Shown here in pieces: positions 58,635 to 64,000 of a stretch of 64,000 nt of DNA. Position 1 is the first letter of the stretch. Every line of letters begins with the position of its first letter. The translations under genes and the position numbers were made by a program. The notes under the pieces are model-generated. The model saw nothing but the letters and a program-made list of their open reading frames with translations. It did no database searches and had not been told where the DNA came from. Source of the DNA: an uncultured Nisaea sp. (lineage in GTDB: Bacteria > Pseudomonadota > Alphaproteobacteria > Thalassobaculales > Thalassobaculaceae); the NCBI GenBank assembly GCA_964342575.1, contig CAYFGZ010000001.1, forward strand, positions 6,310 through 70,309, in the 5' to 3' direction.

Positions 58635-60563
58635 ATGGTTACTGAAAACGTTCTGGATAAGATCTTGTCGCTTGCTGCTGTGGGACGATGGCCAGAAGCT
58701 AGAAAAATATATCGACGGGTGCTAAAGACTAACCCAAAAGACTGGAATCTATTATACAAAATAGGAATACTAGAAGCCAAAGCAGAAAATTATCCAGTGG
58801 CTATCACCATTCTTGAAAAAGCAAAGAAAATAGATCCTAAAAATTCGCAAATAAACGTAAATCTAGCGCAACTTTATGCTCTAAATGATCAACCAAGCAA
58901 AGCATGGCCAATTCTCCAGGACTTAAGACAAAAGGTCGGAGATTCAGAGCCATTTTATCGTCAGCTTGGTGGCGTAGCACAAAAGCTCCAAAAATATGAA
59001 GAGGCCGAAGATTCATACAGGAAAGCCTTGGATTTGGGCAGTAAAGATGTAGAACTCTTGAATAATTATGCCGTCCTTCTGCAGGGGTATGGGAGGTCCG
59101 TGGAAGCTGTACAGTTGCTTGAAAGGGCGTTCGCGGAAGACTCTACATCCACCGCAATTGCGAACAATCTAGCCAATTTGTGTATAATTTTTGGCAGAAT
59201 GGATAGAGCCCTGGCTATGTTTAATGACGCGTTAACGCGAAATCCAGAAAATGTTTCTATAAACCGGAATCTTGCTCTTCTTCATAGAAGCTTGGGTGAT
59301 CCAAAACGCGCGTTGGATGCAGCGCAACGCGCAGCCATTTTGGATCCCCAAAACGTAGATAGCTTGACCATCAGTGCTGAATTACTTGAACGGCGTGCGG
59401 AACTAGATCGCGCGGCCCAGCTTTTGGAGTTTTGTCTGATTGGATCACCCGATAATATCGATGCAATCTCGCTAAAGGCTCGATCTCTTAGGCGTGTTGG
59501 AAAGATTGATAGTTCAATAAAATTCCTGGAGGAAAACCTGCTTCGATTAGGCGAGATGCCTAACACGTATAAAATTAATTTTGAGCTAGGGCACGCTTAC
59601 CAGGCCCAAGGTAATTATAACGAAGCTTTCCCTATTTTTAATCGGGCTAACAAGCTTCAAGAACAAGACTCAGAGGAGAAAAATATAGAACCCAGCCGTG
59701 CGTTTACAAGGCTCAGGGACCTGAAATCAATCTTGTCCAGGATCGAGATTGATGAGGCCCCAAAAAATTCAGCGGTTGATGGACACGATGATCCCGTCTT
59801 CATGGTAGGGTTTCCGAGATCTGGGACAACTTTATTGGATCAAGTGCTGGATAGTCACCCGGGAGTAGTAGTTTTGGAAGAACGGCCATTAGTAGCCGGT
59901 ATGATACGGCGGCTAGCCTCCGACGATTTCAGGTATCCTCAGGATTTAGCGCAGTTAAATAGTCGGATGATACAAAAATTGCGCTCTGGGTATTTTCAGG
60001 ACCGTATGCAGTTTATAGAGGTTGAGGCTGGTGAGGTTTTTGTCGACAAAATGCCATTAAATATTAACGAGGCGATCCTAATAAATAGCGTTTTTCCAAA
60101 AGCCCGATTTATTGTCGTTATCAGGGATCCTTGTGATGTGTGCTTAAGTTGTTTCACACAGGCCTTCGAACTCAATGACTGGATGGCTGTTTTTAATGAC
60201 ATCGCTGCCACAGCTAAACTTTATAATGAAGTTTTTGATTTATGGTATGAGACGGTCAGTAAATTTAATATAGAATATCATGAGGTAAGATACGAAGATT
60301 TGGTAAACGATCTACAAGGGACAGCATCGAAAATCTTAAAGTTTCTCGATTTGTCATGGGACAATAAGATGGCCCGACATGACGAGCATGCCCGCAACCG
60401 TGGATACTTGGCTACGCCGAGTCATGCTCAGGTTACTCAGCCAGTCTATCAACATGCAGTTCAACGTTGGAAGCTTTATGGCGGTCACATGAAAGAAGTA
60501 GAAAAGCTATTGCAAACAAAGAGACGCCAGTTAGGATATTCTACGACGGGCCAAAAGGACTGA
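58635..60563 (+). CDS. TPR-repeat protein fused to a Sulfotransfer_3 (tyrosylprotein-sulfotransferase-like) domain
   Basis: The N-terminal ~370 aa contain many 34-residue TPR-like repeats. The C-terminal domain starts with FMVGFPRSGTTLLDQVLDSHP, a PAPS 5'-PSB loop of the TPST/RaxST type. Confidence 0.85.
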   Translation: MVTENVLDKILSLAAVGRWPEARKIYRRVLKTNPKDWNLLYKIGILEAKAENYPVAITILEKAKKIDPKNSQINVNLAQLYALNDQPSKAWPILQDLRQKVGDSEPFYRQLGGVAQKLQKYEEAEDSYRKALDLGSKDVELLNNYAVLLQGYGRSVEAVQLLERAFAEDSTSTAIANNLANLCIIFGRMDRALAMFNDALTRNPENVSINRNLALLHRSLGDPKRALDAAQRAAILDPQNVDSLTISAELLERRAELDRAAQLLEFCLIGSPDNIDAISLKARSLRRVGKIDSSIKFLEENLLRLGEMPNTYKINFELGHAYQAQGNYNEAFPIFNRANKLQEQDSEEKNIEPSRAFTRLRDLKSILSRIEIDEAPKNSAVDGHDDPVFMVGFPRSGTTLLDQVLDSHPGVVVLEERPLVAGMIRRLASDDFRYPQDLAQLNSRMIQKLRSGYFQDRMQFIEVEAGEVFVDKMPLNINEAILINSVFPKARFIVVIRDPCDVCLSCFTQAFELNDWMAVFNDIAATAKLYNEVFDLWYETVSKFNIEYHEVRYEDLVNDLQGTASKILKFLDLSWDNKMARHDEHARNRGYLATPSHAQVTQPVYQHAVQRWKLYGGHMKEVEKLLQTKRRQLGYSTTGQKD

Positions 60564-60576
60564 TAGGGATGAGAGA

Positions 60577-61242
60577 GTGAATATAGCGGATAAACTAACC
60601 AATGTTCTTTCCAAGATAAACCAAGTTTCAATAGCGGCCGGCCGGGATTCTGGCAGTGTGTCACTAGTAGCAGTAAGTAAAGTACAGGATAGCGCTGCTA
60701 TTGAGCAGGCCCTTAATGCTGGGCATCGGGTTTTTGGGGAAAATAGGATCCAAGAAGCTAAAGAGAAATGGCCGCCCCTAAAATCAAGGTATCCGGGAGT
60801 TGAGTTGCATTTAATAGGTCCATTGCAGACGAATAAAGTAAAAGAGGCTGTATCGTTATTTGATGTAATAGAGACGATCGACCGCCCTAAATTGGCTCGG
60901 GCATTGAAGCAGGAGATGGTCAGGCAGTCTGTTGAGATTCCATGTTTTGTTCAAATTAATACTGGCGAGGAAAAGCAAAAAACAGGAATTTTTCCAGATG
61001 AAGCCGTGGAGTTTATAGAATATTGCAGGCGTGATTTATGTATAAAGATAGAGGGGTTAATGTGTATTCCGCCGATAGACGAAGAACCAGCCCTACATTT
61101 CTCTCTATTGAAATCTATAGCAAAGAAGGCCGGAGTTCTTAATCTCAGTATGGGTATGAGTGACGATTTCGACGTAGCCATAGAAATCGGGGCTACGCAC
61201 ATTCGATTAGGGACATTGATATTTGGAAAGCGGCCATCTTAG
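60577..61242 (+). CDS. yggS: YggS-family pyridoxal-phosphate homeostasis protein
   Basis: It has VSLVAVSKVQ (PLP Lys), HLIGPLQTNKV and LSMGMSDDF. The start is GTG. Confidence 0.92.
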   Translation: MNIADKLTNVLSKINQVSIAAGRDSGSVSLVAVSKVQDSAAIEQALNAGHRVFGENRIQEAKEKWPPLKSRYPGVELHLIGPLQTNKVKEAVSLFDVIETIDRPKLARALKQEMVRQSVEIPCFVQINTGEEKQKTGIFPDEAVEFIEYCRRDLCIKIEGLMCIPPIDEEPALHFSLLKSIAKKAGVLNLSMGMSDDFDVAIEIGATHIRLGTLIFGKRPS

Positions 61243-61248
61243 GCGTAG

Positions 61249-61767
61249 TCAACTGCCAGCCACAATCATCACTTCTGGATTTTCAACTTGTTTTAACACA
61301 TCTAAAAGAAAATGTTTCTCGATAGCTATGCAACCGGCTGTGGCCCCAAAGTCAGGGCGGGCTATATGCAAAAATATGGCACTGCCCGCACCTAAAACGC
61401 GTGGACCATCATTATAGCCAAGTTCTACTACAATATCGTACATATTGTCCGCCCTCCAGAGAACCTCGTGACTAAAGGGATGGGGTATGCAAACTAGACG
61501 GTTGTAATTTTCTTTGTCGGTTGGATCATCTGACCAACCCATTATTTCAGTCAGAGGTACAAGTGGAAGTGGGGTTACTGGTTCCTCTATTCGGTCGGGT
61601 CGATAAAATACACGCCTAAGTGGCCATGTGCCGATTGGCGTGCAGCCATCCCCCTCCTGTTTTCGGTCAGTGAAGCCCGATTTTCCGATACAACAGGGAA
61701 TGGCATAGTTGTTAAATTTTAACCGAGCTTGGTTTCCATCTGACATGGAAGAAATAAAAATTGGCAC
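61249..61767 (-). CDS. L,D-transpeptidase catalytic-domain (YkuD-like) family protein, no signal peptide
   Basis: It has the H...GC catalytic motif FLHIARPDFGATAGCIAI. I see no N-terminal hydrophobic segment. Confidence 0.7.
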   Translation of the reverse strand: MPIFISSMSDGNQARLKFNNYAIPCCIGKSGFTDRKQEGDGCTPIGTWPLRRVFYRPDRIEEPVTPLPLVPLTEIMGWSDDPTDKENYNRLVCIPHPFSHEVLWRADNMYDIVVELGYNDGPRVLGAGSAIFLHIARPDFGATAGCIAIEKHFLLDVLKQVENPEVMIVAGS

Positions 61768-61777
61768 GAGACCTCGC

Positions 61778-62569
61778 TTAATGTTTTGGCTCAGTTATTT
61801 GACGCGAACGGAGTTTTTCGTATTTTCCAAGAGTTTGCAACACCCATTGTTCGACATTAGCATTGGCCTTGGGCGTGCCCGAGCCATAATCTGGAAAATA
61901 GGGGGCCGGAGGCGATAGAAATTCGCCAGACTCTTCGGAAAAGCCCGTTGCTCGGCCGGCTGTATTTTTGTTTATCTGTGGAGAGGGGCTGGGAGGAGCT
62001 GGTTGGACTACTGTTGAATGTGTTGCTGTTGAAGTTAGCTTAAAAACTTTATTTTTCCTATTGGTGCTTACGTGAAAAAATTTATTAGGCTTAGAAGCGT
62101 CTACTAGAGAAAATTTAGTGGTGGTCCGGTAGTCTTCATCGAAAGACGGATTGATCTTTGGTGAGTAATCTGCTCTATCGCTGCCATGAAGCCCAGAATT
62201 ATTCCGTGAATTGTTGTGAAACGCGTTCTTCCCAGGGTTTTGTATCTCGGATCCCATTTCGGAGTTAGTAATGTAGTTGCCGAGAGCAATGATCAATCCC
62301 GCAGGGCCACCATAAAGGGCGCCTCCTAGGAACTTTGGAACCTCCCCAATTTTGTCGCCCGATACAGCTCGATAAACCGTGGAGACGATCGGAAGGTGTT
62401 GAAGGGGATTAATCACGTCTATAAAATCCTTAAATTCGACTGTTTTTTTTGTTGAACCTATAGCAACATTTTCATTGTCGGGAGACATCGGGTCAGCCTC
62501 GCCTTGGGGTGGGGAGGAAAACGCCCGTGCCGTCCCATCCCTCAGTTCATTAAAAGTTGTCGCAGTCAT
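61778..62569 (-). CDS. hypothetical protein (low-complexity Pro/Ser-rich C-terminal half)
   Basis: It is a long ORF with an SD-like AAGGG 5 nt upstream of the ATG. I recognised no motif. The conserved-looking core is FIDVINPLQHLPIVSTVYRAVSGD. Confidence 0.5.
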   Translation of the reverse strand: MTATTFNELRDGTARAFSSPPQGEADPMSPDNENVAIGSTKKTVEFKDFIDVINPLQHLPIVSTVYRAVSGDKIGEVPKFLGGALYGGPAGLIIALGNYITNSEMGSEIQNPGKNAFHNNSRNNSGLHGSDRADYSPKINPSFDEDYRTTTKFSLVDASKPNKFFHVSTNRKNKVFKLTSTATHSTVVQPAPPSPSPQINKNTAGRATGFSEESGEFLSPPAPYFPDYGSGTPKANANVEQWVLQTLGKYEKLRSRQITEPKH

Positions 62570-62573
62570 TTTA

Positions 62574-62595
62574 ACCCTTTCGTGGTCGAAAGGGT
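62574..62595 (-). promoter_or_regulatory. perfect hairpin sequestering the Shine-Dalgarno of the hypothetical gene 61778-62569
   Basis: The minus strand reads ACCCTTTCG-ACCA-CGAAAGGGT-TAAA-ATG. The stem is 9 bp with a 4-nt loop, and its 3' arm contains the only SD-like AAGGG. Confidence 0.6.
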
Positions 62596-62683
62596 CCGTG
62601 CAAACTTCGTACCAAAAATCAAAGCGTAACGAATTAAAAAATTCATAGTAAAAGTTTTGCTATTCTAATTTTGGATGATTACT

Positions 62684-63886
62684 TTAAAAAAGATGACCTG
62701 TTTTATCAGCTTTAGTCTTTAGATATCGAGCATTGTGAGGATTTGACGGAAAAACATGCGCCACTCTCTCGACGACAACGATGCCGGTAGACGCCAACTG
62801 TGCCACTTTATCTGGGTTATTTGTTAATAGTTTAACGCTTTGAACACCAAGCTGTTTCAAAATTTCGCCTGCTGGCGCGTAAATTCTTTCATCAACCTCG
62901 AAGCCCATTTGATTATTTGCATCGGCAGTGTCTGATCCTAAATCCTGTAAATTATATGCGCGTAGCTTATTCACAAGGCCAATGTCCCGGCCTTCTTGTG
63001 CTAGATAAACTAATACTCCGCTACCGTGGTTGGCGATGGTTTTAATCGCGCCCCGAAGCTGATCACCGCAGTCGCAGCGCAGGCTTCCAAGCAAATCGCC
63101 CGTCAGGCATTGCGAATGGAGCCTTACTAAAACAGGTTTGGTGATGTCTGGTTGTCCAATCAAAATGGCAACGTGTTCTTCGCCGCCATCTATTGGCCTA
63201 AATGCTATCAACTCCGCATTTTCAGCGTCGGCTAGTGGTACTCTAGCTGAAGTAGCTCTAACCAGCCGTTGCGCTCGCAGCTGCGGAAAAATGTTTATGG
63301 ACTCTGTGTCAACCAAGAGGAGGCCGTTTTCCTTGGCCGAAGCCGCTAAGCGATCAAGAAGCGACGGGGGAATTCGAGAAAAAATAATGCTCGGGAGTAG
63401 CCGAGAAAACTTGATAAGCTGAATAGCTTTAGAGGCAATCCCATCACTGGGTTCCGGAACAATTGACAAATCAGTTAAATTTGGATGGCTAATCTGATCA
63501 GCATTTTTTTCGTGTTCAAAAACAGGGTTTGACAGTCTCTGGACAAAATCGGCCCCATTATCAGGGGGAATACTGATGCTTACAATAGCGGTGGGATCTC
63601 TGTTTAATTTAATCGCGGCGCTGCGATGGTTAGTAATGACTAACGATGGCTGGGATCCCGCTATTTGCGCTATTAGATCCAGCCCATTTGTTGTGGCTAG
63701 CTCAGCCGCCTGTACTATAGCTGCGGTTCTTTTAGTGCTATCTACAAGCATTATAATTGCACCTCTTCTGAGGTCTCCTATAGCCCGTTCGACAGACGTT
63801 TGGGCTGGAGACGAATCAGTAGGTACAATGTTGATTGCTTTGCTAGAGTAGTCACGAGCCTCTTTAAAATTTCTAAAACTAGTCAT
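62684..63886 (-). CDS. ribA: GTP cyclohydrolase II with N-terminal degenerate RibB-like domain
   Basis: The C-terminal half has VRLHSQCLTGDLLGSLRCDCGDQL (the zinc and GTP site of RibA). The N-terminal ~200 aa lack the DHBP-synthase catalytic acidic motif. Confidence 0.85.
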   Translation of the reverse strand: MTSFRNFKEARDYSSKAINIVPTDSSPAQTSVERAIGDLRRGAIIMLVDSTKRTAAIVQAAELATTNGLDLIAQIAGSQPSLVITNHRSAAIKLNRDPTAIVSISIPPDNGADFVQRLSNPVFEHEKNADQISHPNLTDLSIVPEPSDGIASKAIQLIKFSRLLPSIIFSRIPPSLLDRLAASAKENGLLLVDTESINIFPQLRAQRLVRATSARVPLADAENAELIAFRPIDGGEEHVAILIGQPDITKPVLVRLHSQCLTGDLLGSLRCDCGDQLRGAIKTIANHGSGVLVYLAQEGRDIGLVNKLRAYNLQDLGSDTADANNQMGFEVDERIYAPAGEILKQLGVQSVKLLTNNPDKVAQLASTGIVVVERVAHVFPSNPHNARYLKTKADKTGHLF

Positions 63887-64000
63887 GGGTACGTTGAACC
63901 CTAAGCTGTCCGCTAGGTCAAGAGTTGTTCTTAATTTATTTTTGCTTTAATTAAAGAAAAGTACGAATTGGGAGCCAGACAGTGGTTAGGAGAGTTCAAG

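Noticed and set aside
63887-64000. I checked for an FMN (RFN) riboswitch upstream of ribA.
   Set aside because: None of the conserved RFN core segments is recognisable in the available 114 nt. The window ends here, so the leader may be incomplete.
1-64000. I searched the window for mobile elements, prophage genes, CRISPR repeats, tRNA/rRNA genes and classic defence-system genes.
   Set aside because: No transposase, integrase, repeat array, tRNA cloverleaf-like intergenic segment or nuclease/helicase/methylase defence signature is visible. All intergenic gaps are under 400 nt.

Overview
The window looks like a 64-kb origin-proximal, mostly housekeeping segment of an alphaproteobacterial chromosome. 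That call rests on gene content and synteny: dapF-mtaB-ftsY, hrcA-grpE/dnaK-dnaJ, hisBH-AFE, hslVU, tim44-mltA-smr, fxsA-secB/dnaQ-coaE, hemE-hemJ-rho-mnmE-mnmG-rsmG-parA-parB, and holA-lptE-leuS. I call 67 protein-coding genes, packed densely on both strands. I found no rRNA, tRNA, CRISPR array, transposase or integrase. Four non-coding signals are visible in the sequence. (1) A 385-nt AT-rich gap upstream of hemE carries clustered DnaA-box-like 9-mers and is a candidate oriC. (2) Two perfect 16-bp parS palindromes (TGTTTCACGTGAAACA) flank mnmG. (3) A strong bidirectional rho-independent terminator follows the porin gene. (4) A perfect 9-bp hairpin sequesters the Shine-Dalgarno sequence of a hypothetical gene. 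The only clearly accessory block, and my best candidate for an undescribed system, is 55.5-60.6 kb. It holds two paralogous cytosolic-type (PKSGNTW) sulfotransferases in opposite orientation around a JmjC/cupin-4 Fe(II)/2-oxoglutarate oxygenase, followed by a TPR-fused sulfotransferase with a tyrosylprotein-sulfotransferase-like PAPS loop. I read this as a possible hydroxylation-then-O-sulfation module with no recognisable substrate, precursor or exporter gene. A second semi-accessory block at 3-9 kb has an orphan gentisate-1,2-dioxygenase-like bicupin and a four-carbon acid-sugar (tetronate) catabolic trio that lacks its decarboxylase. All functional calls come from motif recognition in the supplied translations. 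No database search, GC-skew calculation or RNA folding was run.
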